Shown one piece after another: positions 12,340-24,739 of a DNA stretch of 64,000 bases. Source of the DNA: Mobula hypostoma (lineage: Eukaryota). The notes under the pieces were generated by a model. The model saw only the letters and a program-made list of their open reading frames with translations, had not been told where the DNA came from and did no database searches. The stretch's first letter is position 1, and every line of letters starts with the position of its first letter. The stretch lies in assembly GCF_963921235.1 (NCBI RefSeq), contig NC_086097.1:55554001-55618000 (forward strand). The letters run 5' to 3'. Position numbers and translations under genes: made by a program.

Positions 12340-14375
12340 TTAACTGCTGACCATTCTACCTACAGAGAAAATTCTCCATTGTGATCCCTACTGCAGTTTG
12401 CATACTGCCAAAGTTAGCACTCAATGTGCTAGATTGGTGCCAGCCAATGTACTAGTGAGGGCCATAATTAACCAACAGGAAATGGCCTACCCCAATACCT
12501 TTCATATCCTTGCTGGAGACTTCAATCAAGCTATCTTGGGGAAACCTCTGCCCATCTACTATCAGCACCTCACCAGCAGCACCAGAGGACTCAGCTCTTT
12601 CAACCATTGCTACAGTACTATCAAGAATACCTACTGTTCCATCCCTCGACTGCACTTCAGGAAATCTGTTGATCTACTCTCCTCCTCCTACCTACATATA
12701 GGCAGAGAGTAAAGAGCAAAGCACCAGAGTTAAGGTCGACGAAGAAGTGGTCACAGAAAGCAGAGAAGCGGCTACAGGACTGCTGTAAGTTGGTGTTCTG
12801 GGCTATGTTCAAGAACTCATCCGAAGACCTGAATGAATACTCTATGATTGTCAAGGACTTCATAAAGGCACACTTGGACAAGTGAGTTCCTACAAAGTCA
12901 TTCAGAGTCTTCCCCAAGCCCTGAATGATCCAAGAGATTCATAATCTGCAGAGGGCTAGACTGGTAATGATTCAGGAAAACACAAGAGGTCCAGGTATGA
13001 CCTCCTGAAGGTCATTTCACATGCAAGGTGACAATCCAGACTAAACCTGAATCACAGAGGGATGCTTGACAACTGTGGCAGGGCTTGAATGTTATCACCT
13101 CCTGCGGAGCAAAACTCAGCAACATCAATGGCAATGAGGTTTTGCTCTCAGAGCTCAATGCATTTTATGTTTGTTTTGACTGACAGATATGGAGGCACCT
13201 ACATGAGCTCTCACAGACCCTGATCACCCTGTCCTTTGAGTCTCTGAGGCTGATGTGAGAGCATCCTTCTGCAGGGTGAACCCATGGAAAGCATCTAGCC
13301 CAGATGGCATATCTGGTGGTGTGCTGAAATCTTGTGCTAATCTTGGCTGGAGTATCTTCAACCTCTTGCTTTGGCAGTCTGAGGCATCAATCATACTAGT
13401 GCCCAAGAAGAATGTGATAATCTGCCTCAGTGACTATCATCCATTAGCATTTACATCCACTGTGATGAAGTGCCTTGAGAGGTTGGTCTGAGGAGTGACC
13501 TACATCCACTCCAATTTGCCTTCCGTCACAACAGCTCAACTACAGATATCATTTCATTGGCTCTTCACTCAGCTCTGGAACACCTGAGCAATGAAGATGC
13601 ATACTTCCGGATGCTCTTAATTGACTACAGCTCAGCATTCAACTATGATTCCCTTGAGTCTCATCACTATGCTCCAAGACTTGCGCTTGATGCATCCCTG
13701 TGCAACTGGATCCTCAATTTCCTCTCCGGAAGACCCCAGTCAGTATGGATTGGCAACAAAATTTCTTCCACACTTACCACAAGTGTACCACAGGGCTGTG
13801 TGCTTAGCCTCCTCCTCTATTCACTTTATACTTATGATTAAGTGGTTAAGTACAACTCTAATGCCATATTTAAGTTTGCTGATGACACCACTGTCATAGG
13901 CTGAATTAAAAGTGGTGACAAATCGGCATATTGGAAGGAGATTGAAAATTTGATTGAGTGGTGTTGCATTGGCAATCTCTCTCAATGTCAGCAAGACCAA
14001 GGAGCTGATCATCAACTGCAGGAGGAAGAAACTGGGAGTCTATGAGCCAGCCATCATGAAGGGAACGCTGATGGGGAGGGTCAGTGGCTTTAAAATCCTT
14101 GGTGTGGACATATTGGATTCTATCCTGAGACCAGCACATAAGCGTCATCACAAAGAAGGCAAGTCAGCTTCTCTGCTTTCTCACAAGTTTGCATAGGTTC
14201 GGCGGGTTACCAAAAAATTGGACAAGCTTCTGTAGGTGCATAGTGGAGAGTATTCTACAGGCTTACTTTCAAGGACTCATCGTAACTCATGTTCTCAGCA
14301 TTATTTTCATTTGCAGTTTGTCTTCTTTTGCACATTGATGTTTGTCAGTCCATGATCCTTTATGCATAGTTTTTG
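12340..14375 (+). mobile_element. Rex1/Babar-like LINE, degenerate (APE + RT)
   Basis: HILAGDFNQA...TRG...HCYSTIKN, KASSPDGI, DYHPLAFTSTVMKCLERLV, RMLLIDYSSAFN, VPQGCVLS, FKFADD, NVSKTKELII. Confidence 0.85.
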
Positions 14376-14379
14376 ACAG

Positions 14380-15830
14380 CACATAGGGAACGTGCTATTT
14401 TATATCTGGTCCTGTGCAATGAGACAGGTAAAATTAGTGATCTTGTAGTTAGGGATACTCTTGGAAAAAGTGATCACTGTATGACTGGGTTTCTCATACA
14501 AATGGAGGGTGCAATCCGTTAGTCTTGTGAGACCATGGATCTGTGCCTGGAAAGTCTTCACTCTCCAGGGCACAGGCCTTGGCAAGGTTGTATGGAAGAC
14601 AGGCAGTTGCCCATGCTGCAAGTCTCCCCTCTCCACGACACCAATGTTGTCCAAGAGAAGGGCATTAGGACCCATACAGCTTGGCACCAGTGTTGTCGCA
14701 GAGCACTGTGTGATTAAGTGCCTTGCTCAAGGACACAACACGTTCCCTCAGCTGGGGCTTGAACTCACGACCTTCAGGTCACTAATCCAATGCCTTAACC
14801 ACCTGGCCACATGCCCTATTGTGGAGGGTGCAATAGTTTGATCTAAAACCAGTGTATTATACCTAAACAATGAAAACTACAATGGGATGAGGGAGGATTT
14901 GGCTAGTGTAGACTGGGAACAGTTGGGACAGTTGAGGAACAGTGGAAGACTTTCAAAGATATTTTTCACGATGCTCAACAAAAATATATACCATGGACAG
15001 TAAAGATGGGGAGAGCCAGCCTTGGATAACTAAGGAAATAAAAGAAGGCATCAAACTAAAAGTTCGTGCATACAAAATCACCAAGAGTGCTGGGACACTG
15101 GAAGCAACAAAATACACTAAGCGAGCAATAAAGAAAGGGAAGATAGGTTATGAAAATAAACTAGCACAAAATAGTAAAAGTTTTTATAATTATATACAGC
15201 GAAAAAGGGTGGCAAAAGTGAACATAGGTCCTTAGGAGGACGAGAAGGGGGAATTGATATTGGATAATGAGGAAATGGTAGAGGCTTTGAATGACTATTT
15301 TGTGTCAGTCTTCACACTGGAGGACACGTCTAACATGCCAAAGAGAGATATTATGGATGCAATGGGATGTGAGAACCTCAATACAATAGCTATCACTAAA
15401 GAAGTAGTGCTGAGCAAATTTGTGGGTCTGAAGGTAGATAAGTCCCCTCGTCCTGATGGAATGCATCCCAGGGTACTGAAAGAAATGACAGAAGTTATAG
15501 TAGAGGCTTTGGTGATAATTTACTAAAATTCACTGGACTCTGAGCAGGTCCCAGCGGATTGGAAGACGACGAATGTCACACCACTGTTCAAAAAATGATG
15601 TAGGCAAAAGGCAGGTAACTATAGGCCAGTTAGTTTAACATCTGTAGTTGGGAAAATGCTTGAAGCTATCATTGAAGAAGAAATAGCGAGGCATCTGGAA
15701 AGAAATGGATCCATCAGGCAGACGCAGCATGGAATCAGCAAAGGCAGGTCCTGTTTGACAAAATTACTGGAGTTCTTTGAGGATATAATGAGCTCAGTGG
15801 ATAGAGGGGAACAGATGGATGTTATTTACT
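14380..15830 (+). mobile_element. CR1 LINE ORF2 fragment, interrupted by a SINE and abruptly 3'-truncated at 15830
   Basis: LGKSDH, QPWITKEIK, DKSPRPDGMHPRVLKE, NYRPVSLTSVVGK, QHG...KGRSCLT. Stops at MDVIYL. Confidence 0.88.
14516..14821 (-). mobile_element. tRNA-derived SINE with RTE-like 3' tail, 13-bp TSD
   Basis: Minus strand has A-box tggccaggtggttaagg, B-box gagttcaagccc, core tgtgtccttgagcaaggcacttaa and tail ccatggtctcacaagactaacgga. TSD tggagggtgcaat at 14503-14515 and 14822-14834. Confidence 0.8.
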
Positions 15831-17596
15831 TGTGAGTTAATAGAACAATTGCAGAACAGCAACAACAGCAAATGTATGCATGACGAGATCAAAGAAGTCA
15901 CAAACCGGAAGAAAAGTGGGGCAACAACAGGATGTATAAAAGCAAAAGATGGCTCTACAATTATGGAAAAAGGAAAAATAATGCAAAGACGGTCAGAATA
16001 CATCAAAGACCTATACGACGCTAAAGACTGAGAGGACAACTTTGATATTGGCAACAACAATGGGGGCCCAGCAATACTGAAAGAAGAAGTGGAACTTGCT
16101 ATGAAGAAAATGCAAAAGGGGAAATCATCAGGACCAGATAACATTCCGGTTGAACTGTACGAAGTGCTAGAAGATTTTGGTGCAGAGAAATTAACAGTCT
16201 TATTGAATAGAATATACAACAGTGGCAAAGTACCAGAAGAACTTTTAAAGACAGTATTCATTACACTGCCAAAGAAACCAGGTGCAACAGAGTGTGGACA
16301 ACACAGAACAATTAGCTTAATGAGCCACCTCACAAAAATTCTACATAGAATCATCATGCTCAGAATAAGAAACAAAATTAAACCAGAGATCAGTGAAGAA
16401 CAGTGCGGCTTTGTCGATGGCAAGGGAACACCAAACGCCACTTATATTCTCAGGAACATTATTGAAAGGTCAATAGAAATACAACAAGACCTATACTTCT
16501 GTTTCATTGGTTACACAAAAGCCTTTGACACAGTGAAACACCAAGTCATCATGAAAATGCTTAAAGATATTAATATCGACGGAAAAGATCTAAGAATAAT
16601 CAGGAATCTCTATTGGCAACAAAGTGCAGCCATACGGATAGACAACGAGATTGGTGAATATCAGCCAATAAAGCGAGGAGTCAGACAGGGTTGTGTTCTA
16701 TCACCAGACCTGTTATCCCTGTACAATGAAAACATCATGAGAACCATACAAGACTTACCTGGAATAAGTATAGGAGGATTCAATATCAACAACCTCCGCT
16801 ATGCAGATGATACAGTACTGACAGCAAACAGTGAAGTGAACTTACAGAAACTAGTATCTACCATCAACACAGAGAGCGAAAGATTTGGCTTAACCTTAAA
16901 CAAAAAGAAAACTGAAGTAATGGTAATATCAAAGAAACCTGATATCCCAAACTGTAGGATCGTATTGGGAAATGAAATCCTGAAACAACTTCAAGTACCT
17001 TGGATCATGGGTAATATCTTATGGCAAGTGTGAAACAGACATAAAAGCAAAAATAGCAATGGCAAGAACAGCATTTACAAAAATGAGAAACATCTTAATG
17101 AACAAGAAAATAGCAATTGACATCTGCCTTAGAGCTCTCAGCTGCTACATTCTTCCTATACTGATGTATGGCTGTGAGTCATGGACCATCACAAATGCAA
17201 TGGAAAAAAGAATCAATGCAGCAGAGATGTGGTTCCTCAGAAGAATGCTATGCATATCATATACGGACAGGATATCCAACGAAGGAGTTCTACAGAGAAC
17301 GAAAACAAAACGTACATTACTTAAAAAAAAATCAGAAAACAACATTCAAAATTCTTTGGACTCATCATGCGAAGAGAGACATAGAAACATAGTATCAGAC
17401 ATTAGAACATTTAGTTACGACTGGAAAGCTGGAAGGAAAATGAAGCAGAAGCAGAAAGAGAATGAAAATGATAGATGGAATAACATCATGGTTAGAAACA
17501 GGGGAGGCCACAACGACAATTCGGAGGGTCAGGGACCGTGATGGATGGAGAGACATGATCGCCCACGCCGAATGGCAAGGCACCTGAATGAATGAA
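15831..17596 (+). mobile_element. RTE (BovB-like) LINE, RT half and 3' end
   Basis: ORF 16089-17033: KSSGPDNIPVE, TLPKKPGATECGQHRTISLMSH, EEQCGF, KAFD, GVRQGCVLSP, NNLRYADD. Then ILMYGCESWT. Tail ggcacc(tgaa)n. Confidence 0.92.
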
Positions 17597-18565
17597 GTGA
17601 ATGTTGGTCATATTTGAAAATATTCTGCAAGTGGCAAATATAGGGAAATGTGCTTGATAAGAAATAGGTACAGATCCGGCTTCTCCAAATTAAACCGGTA
17701 TTCACCTTCAAATAGTTTCTGCTGTTAATTTATTTGGCACAATCAAAATCAGAAATACTTGCAAATCTGATGCTAAAACTGGGACATGCTGGAATTGCAT
17801 ACTCCATTAATCAGTGTGACAAAGACAAAAATATGCAAATTTCACAACTTCATCCTGTGATTTTTGTGAAATAGGTCTTCACTCTTTGTAAATCCAGTCC
17901 AAGAATTGAATGTTGCTTTCATACTTTGAAAGACTCTAACAGCTTCATTGTTATACTTTTATACATTACTTCTGTTGTGAAAATCATCTTCAGCCGAGTT
18001 TTGTTTATCAGTTATAAACTACTCATGCTGGGATAAATTGCCCAGAAGTAGTTTAATTCTGAACTTGTGCTGAGGTGTTTTTTTTTATACTACACGTGCT
18101 CCTGTCATGCTAGACTCCTAGATAGAATTCAGTCACTTAATTGCTTACATCAGAAACTTAATTATGGCAGAGTTTTTATCTTAACATGAGATGGCTAATT
18201 TCAAATGGTAGAAATCTGATCAAGTTTTCTTATTTTCACTGAAATGGAATATCCTCCATCAGGGAAACAATATGGAGAATTTATCAGAATTACCTTTCAC
18301 TATTTAACATTTCAATCGTGAATGGAGATCATGTTTTGTCACAACAATTTCAAGAGACAATGTTGTCAAATAAAATTATATAGCATAAAAGGATTAACAA
18401 ATAATTGTAACCAAATAAGCTTAATATTCAGTTACAACCTACAACTGAAAATCATCTGTTATAAAAATTAAATTCATGGTTAATTGACAGCTTGAGTTAG
18501 CCAGATCAAAAAATGATCAATTGCTTAATGTTTATAAATGTTAGCAAATCAAGAACAATGTAACA

Positions 18566-18716
18566 ATGGAAAGGAATAAACATTCAACATTTTGGGCTGA
18601 GACCCTTCACCAAGCCCGAAATGTCGACTGTTTGTTCCTTTCCATAGATGCTGCCTGACCTCCTGAGTTCCTCCAGCACTTTGTACATGTTACTCTGGAT
18701 TTCCAGAATCTGAAGA
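18566..18716. mobile_element. Older fold-back PLE terminal element (33-bp inverted arms 18566-18598 and 18613-18645 across the HHR); its tail resumes at ~20252-20264
   Basis: atggaaaggaataaacattcaacattttgggct pairs with agcccgaaatgtcgactgtttgttcctttccat. Followed by the PLE tail agatgctgcctgacc...ggatttccagaatctgaaga. Confidence 0.75.
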
Positions 18717-20242
18717 GCAATCTATGTTTCAAACCTATTCTACATCGACAACTGCATTGGTGCTGCTTCCTGCACGCATGCTGAGCTCATTGACTTCATT
18801 AACTTTCCCTCCAACTTTCACCCTGCCCTCAAGTTTACCTGGTCCATTTCTGACATCTCCCTCCCCTTTCTAGATCTTTCTGTCTCTATCTCTGGAGACA
18901 GCTTAGCTACTGATGTCTACTATAAGCCTGCTGACTCTCACAGCTATCTGGACTATTCCTCTTCTCACCCTGTCTCTTGCAAGAATGCCATCCCCTTCTC
19001 ACAATTCCTCCGTCTCCGCCGCATCTGCTCTCAGGATGAGGCTTTTCATTCCAGGACGAAGGAGATGTCGTCCTTTTTCAAAGAAAGGGTCTTCCCTTCC
19101 TCCACTATCAACTCTGCTCTCAAACGCATCTCTCCCATTTCACGCACATCTGCTCTCACCCCATCCTCCCGCCACTCCACTAGGAACAGGGTTCCCCTTG
19201 TCCTCACCTACCACCCCACCAGCCTCCGGGTCCAAAATATAATTCACCATAACTTCCACCACCTCCAACGGGATCCCACCACTAAGCACATCTTTCCCTC
19301 CCCCCCCCCACACTTTCCACAGGGATCGCTCCCTACACGACTCCCTTGTCCATTCGTCCCCCTCATCCCTCCCCACCGATCTCCCTCCTGGCACTTATCC
19401 TCATAAGCGGAACAAGTGCTACGCATGCCCTTACACTTCCTCCCTCACTACCATTCAGGGCCCCAGACAGTCCTTCCAGGTGAGGCGACACTTCACCTGT
19501 GAGTCGGCTGGGGTGATATACTGCGTCCGGTGCTCCCTACGCGGCGTTCTATATATTGGCTATTGGCGAGACCCGATGCAGACTGGGAGATCGTTTTGCT
19601 GAACACCTACGCTCTGTCTGCCAGAGAAAGCAGGATCTCCCAGTGGCCACTCATTTTAATTCCACGTCCCATTCCCATTCTGACATGTCTATCCACGGCC
19701 TCCTCTACTGTAAAGATGAAGCCACACTCAGATTGGAGGAACAACACCTTATATTCCGTCTGGGTAGCCTCCAATCTGATGGCATGAACATTGACTTCTC
19801 TAACTTCTGCTAATGCCCCACCTCCCCCTCATACCCCATCCATTATTTATTTATTTATATACACACTTTCTTTTTCTTTGTCTCCTTTTTCTTCCTCTGT
19901 CCCTCTGACTATACCCTTTGCCCATCTTCTGGGTTCCCCCCCCCCCTTTTCCTTCTCCCTGGGCCTCCGGTCCATTGATCCGCTCATATCCCTTTTGCCA
20001 ATCAACTGTCCAGCTCTTGGCTCCATCCCTCCCCCTCCTGTCTTCTCCTATCATTTTGGATCTCCCCCTCCCCCTCCCACTTTCAAATCTCTTACTAGCT
20101 CTTCTTTCAGTTAGTCCTGACGAAGGGTCTCGGCCCAAAACATCGACTGTACCTCCTCCTAGAGATGCTGCCTGGCCTGCTGCGTTCACCAGCAACTTTT
20201 ATGTGTGTTGCTTGAAATTCCTGCATCTGCAGATTTCCTCAT
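18717..20242 (+). mobile_element. Penelope-like element (Neptune-type), 5'-truncated: RT C-terminus, Cys-rich linker, GIY-YIG, 3'UTR, HHR, tail; 9-bp TSD
   Basis: YIDNCIG...LPFLDL...TDVYYKPADSHSYLDYSSSHP...IPFSQFLRLRRICS, RNKCYACP, GVIYC...IGETRCRLGDRFAEH. TSD atctgaaga at 18708-18716 and 20243-20251. Confidence 0.92.
20113..20148 (+). ncRNA. Minimal hammerhead motif, core mutated (GAAA>AAAA, CGUC>CAUC)
   Basis: agtc-ctgacga-a-gggtctcggccc-aaaa-catc-gact. Both changes are CpG-type transitions relative to the copy at 21-56. Confidence 0.65.
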
Positions 20243-20539
20243 ATCTGAAGAATCTCTTGTGTTTAAAATTGAAAACGATCCCTTCACAGCAAGTTGCGTG
20301 AAATTTTAAAGAGCAAAATCATTAACGCTTTTGAAAATCACAGAATAAAAATATTGTATCAGAATTAGCAATTGAAAAAATAATTTAACTAAGGATTTTA
20401 CTAACACTTTTATTTTCCTGAATATAATCTGGTAATTTGGAAAAAAAAATTACCTTTCCTGTAAGGTACCAAACACTCTATACAATCAATTTCAAAAAGT
20501 ATTAATCAAAAAACAGTTCCTTATATTTTAACCTATTCT

Positions 20540-20850
20540 TACATGGGTTGCGGATGCTGCTGGCAATGCTGGCATTATATTGACTATCCCTAATGCTTCT
20601 CAACTCGAGAGGCTTTAATCCTGAACTCAGGTTTTAGTCATTTGTGGGTCTGGATACATGTCGTCCCACCAGGTAAGGATAGCAGAATTTCTCCCCCGAG
20701 AAATTTTTACTATAATTCAGTCGTTTCATGTCTCCCCAAGACTAGATTTTTAAAAAATTTATATTCCCCATCTGCCATGGTAAGATTCAAATTTGCAACT
20801 TTTGATCAATAGTCCAGAATTCTGTTATTAGACCATGACAACTAAGCTAC
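20540..20850 (-). mobile_element. Old SINE, resembling elasmobranch Deu-SINE/SacSINE-type elements
   Basis: Degenerate tRNA-like head on the minus strand (~20770-20850, B-box-like ...aaatttgaatctt). Tail reads gctgctggcaatgctggcattatattgactatccctaatg on the plus strand. Recognised from memory only. Confidence 0.45.
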
Positions 20851-21308
20851 ATACTGTAAAATGCCTAGAACTGGAACTGTATAATTTTCTCAAACATTTT
20901 CTTTCCAAAACAGAAATTATATCAAGGAAGTTCGGGGAAAATAAATGACTGAATTCCATGAGGGAATCACCACTATTAACATTTGGGAGTTATAGCTAGA
21001 AATTACTGTAGTTTTAGTTGTGGATTCATGTCTTGATTAATCAGATTCCTTAAATTAATCAGCAATGCATTTATTATTCCGGACTGATTTGACAAAATGA
21101 CCTGATTTATTTAACAAGTCATCCGGAACAGAAAAGTCATATTATTATGAATTTTGGTGTTAGATTAAATTGGAGATGCTATCAGCTATTCCTGGAAGGT
21201 AATTGGCCAGATAATTGTGAACAATATATTTTTATTCTCACCTATTTGACCTGAAGTTAACTTCTCAGGTCATAAACACAAAGGACCATGAAGCCAACCT
21301 TCCATGAC

Positions 21309-22270
21309 TGCTTCTTTTGCTTCCTCGCACTTGGTTGTTACCTGTGCATGCAAGGTTATGTAGGCTTTTTCGTTTTCCTTACATTTTCTTTTTTGTTCCA
21401 TTAAGATTCAGAATTTCTTCTGTCATCCATTTCTTTTTAGCTTTTTTCTGTTGTTTGGGAATCACCTCTTGTGCTGCTTGTGTTATGCTGTCTCTGAGAT
21501 TTTCCCATTGCTGTTCTATAATAGTGATGTTTTGGAGAGCCTCGAATTTGTTCTTCACTGTTATTTGGAATTCATTTTTGACGTCACAGTTTTTTCTCAA
21601 AAGTCCCAAATTCAGCTTTGGCTCTAGTCTTGGTCTCTTAAGCTTTCTGAGTCTCAGGTACATCACGCTGATTATTGGAAGGTGATCACCGTAGCAGTCT
21701 GCACCCGGATATGTTTTGCATGATTTCAAAGAATTTCTATACCTTCTCCTTATAAGCACGTAATCAATCTGGTTTCTGGTGTTATCCCCTGGCTCTTCCA
21801 TGTCCATAGTTTTCTTGGGTGTTGCTTGAAGACGGTATTGCCAATTATATAATCTTTTTCTGTGACCCACGTAGCTAGTCGTTCACCTCTCTCATTTCTC
21901 TCACCCATGCCGTAATGCCCAATATTTTCCTCGTCCCTGGTCTTGCCTACTTTTGCATTGAAGTCATCTTGAATAATGGTATTTTCTGAGCTTTTACATT
22001 GTCTTAATGCTGTTTCTAGTTTGTCATAAAATTGATCGATGCTTTCTTCACTGCTGTCTGCTGTTGGGGCATAAACTTGAATGTGTTAATGTCAAAAGGT
22101 TTTGCATGTAGTTTCACAACTAACATTCGATCTGATATTATTCAATATCCTTTTATTGATTTTGCATGTTCTTCATCTAACATAATTCCAACACCTTTTT
22201 CATGTATTTCTCCTCCTGAGGAAATGATGGTTTATCCCTCTGAGCTTGCTTTACCAGCTACTTTCCACCT
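21309..22270 (-). mobile_element. RTE (BovB-like) LINE 5' half (APE endonuclease and linker)
   Basis: Minus strand: INILGMCEMRW, GVGIML, IQVYAPT, DFNAKVG, PGDNTRNQIDYVLIRRRYRNS...YPGADCYGDH, KKKWMTEE, ending at KCEEAKEA. Confidence 0.88.
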
Positions 22271-22649
22271 CATCTCGCACATTCCCAAGATGTTGATTCT
22301 AATCTCATTTCTAGAAGGTTTAAAAAGAACATTGGTGATTGGTCCTCTTAAGGTTAGCATTTGAACTGGTATTATTGAGGAAGGCATGGATAACTTGAAG
22401 CAGAAAGCTGCATTCTGTCATTCTGAATTGTTCCAGCTTAGTTTTTGCGTGATATCATGGCCTTCTTGCACTGAATGAAGTAAACTGTGAAAGGAGTTTA
22501 CGTAGCTGTTGTTGCGTGAAAGAAGTCACCGGAGAAAAGTTCTGGTGGATACGAAGCAGCTTCTTTACTCGACAAAACAAGATCGAGCTGGCATCATATG
22601 GAGACACTTTTGGTGGAAAAGTGTTCCTATGCCCAGCACTACACACTTC

Positions 22650-24739
22650 TTATGTGACATGGGTGTTCAAGTGAGTGTGCTTCAGCATTGCCCATTGATG
22701 AGAAGGCAAACCTTGTTGGAGGCCACCGAGATCCAGACTTATGGGACATGACACTCTGCTTCAGTGGTCGACGTTACACGTGGGACTTTGTCCTGGCTAA
22801 CGTCCCAGTTGTTACCCCGTCCTACACATCCAAGACTTTTTGGCATGTTTAGCAGGAAAGTTAATTTTATCTGAAGTCGATCTAGTTAGGGGCTACCATC
22901 AGGTGCCTGTGTGCTCGGAGGACATTCCCGAAACAAGTGTTTGGGCTTTTTGAGCTTCTGCGCTTGCCTCTTGGGCTGGAAAATGCAGCACAGACTTTCT
23001 AATGACTGATGGACTCTGTATTAAAAGACCTAGATTTTCTTTTTTTTTTTTTACCTGGATGACATAGTTGTTGCTAGTGTGTCCAAATCCGAACACATAT
23101 CTCATCTCTGCACATTTTTGCAGCACCTAAGCCAAAACAGATTGATTATCAACCCTGCTAAATGCTAGTATGGGTTGTCAACCATTGACTTTCTCACATT
23201 TCCGCAGAAGGTGCAAAACTCCTCCCGTCAAAAGTAGCCACTGTTATGGATTTTCCCACCACTTGCCCTCTGTTGGCAGCTCCCTCTCCCCGGAAGGAAG
23301 ACCAGTATGCTTGACCATGAGCTTCTCAACCCCTATCTGGCTGTCCACCACTTTAGTTTTCTTCTAGAGGGTCGTCATTTCACACTGTTCATTGACCACA
23401 AACCCCTTGTGCATGTGATGGCCAAAATATCAGACCTTTGGACTGCACAGCAACAATGCCACCTGGCCTGCAAACCTGAAACTAGTTACATTAAAGTTTG
23501 TTTGGCATGGCCTCAGAAAGGATGTGCATGATTGGACCACAGCTTGTGTAGAGTGCCAGTGGGCAAAAATTATCTGTCATGTTCAAGCACCACTGGCACC
23601 TTCTGAGGTCTCTAAGTGACAGTTTGACTATGGCGATGTGGACCTTGTCGGTCCTCTTCTCCCCCCCACAACTTCCCCAGCGGTTTCATGCATCTCCTTA
23701 GCGTGATGGACCTTGCCACCAGGCTCAGACAAGGCTCTGGTTTGCTTGGTTTGGCATCCCATCTGAAATTTCCGCTGAACGCAGTCCCCAATTCATTTCT
23801 AAGCTCTGGGCTGTGAAGGCCCAGTATGTCGCCGTTAGGCTACATCACACAATGGCGTATCATCTGCAGTCCAATGACGTATCCAAGTGGCTTCACCGCT
23901 CCATAAAGGCTGCTCTGAGGGCTTCCTTGACCGATACGTGTTGGCATGATCATCTCCCACGGGTCCTACTGGGGCCCAGAAATGCTCCAGAAGAGGACCT
24001 GCGGTCGTCTGTGGCTGAATCGGTATATGGACAGCCATTATGAGTGCCAGGTAATTTCATTTCTGGTACCATGACTGCCAGGTTGACCTCTCAACAGCGA
24101 TCCACGCTCCTCAATAAATTCAATTCCTTTCCACCTATTCCTTCTTCCCATCATAGTTACAGCACTCTTGGGTTCAAGTTGACTTACACTCCACCTCGTT
24201 TGTTTTCGTCCACCGTAACACACATCAACATCCTCTTAGGCCCCCTTATGATGGGTCGCTCCACATTTTGGAATGAGGAGAAAAGACTTTTATCTTGGGT
24301 AAGAGGGGTAAAGTTGAACGTATTTCGGTAGATCGCCTTAAACCAGCCCACCAAGATTTGGAGTATTCCTCTGGTACCACAGCATGACTATGAGCGTATC
24401 AATGTACCTCTGGATGAGCCAAAGGCACCTGCAGTTCCTCCACCCATGGAACATAGGACCCATGCCAGGTGGCTTACAGACAGGCTTACAATGCTGGTTT
24501 TAGTGAATTTTGGGGTGGGGAGGCCTGTCTAGGGTAACGTAATTGGGAGAAATGTACATTATTCACAACCACCGACATTGAGTTGTGGTTTCGCTTTAAG
24601 AGGCTGGTTTCACATGATGATGTTATTATGAGATAATTTTTAGTGCATTTTTGACTTAGGTTTTGGAGTTCAATGAAATGTGTTATGGGTTTCATTAAAC
24701 ATAAAATGCCTCACTTTGTTTTATTTGTGAAAGCCTACA
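22650..24739 (+). mobile_element. Gypsy/Ty3 LTR retrotransposon remnant (protease, RT, RNase H and integrase fragments, PPT, 3' LTR 24526-24739)
   Basis: LCDMGVQVSV (protease), YLDD, LLEGRHFTLFIDHKPL (RNase H), DLVGPL and TMAYHLQSN (integrase). Purine tract 24512-24523, then tgt...cctaca. Confidence 0.8.

Noticed and set aside
14750..14815. tRNA-like sequence on the minus strand
   Set aside because: It is the head of a SINE, followed by a SINE core and LINE-derived tail and bounded by a 13-bp TSD. No complete acceptor stem is evident.
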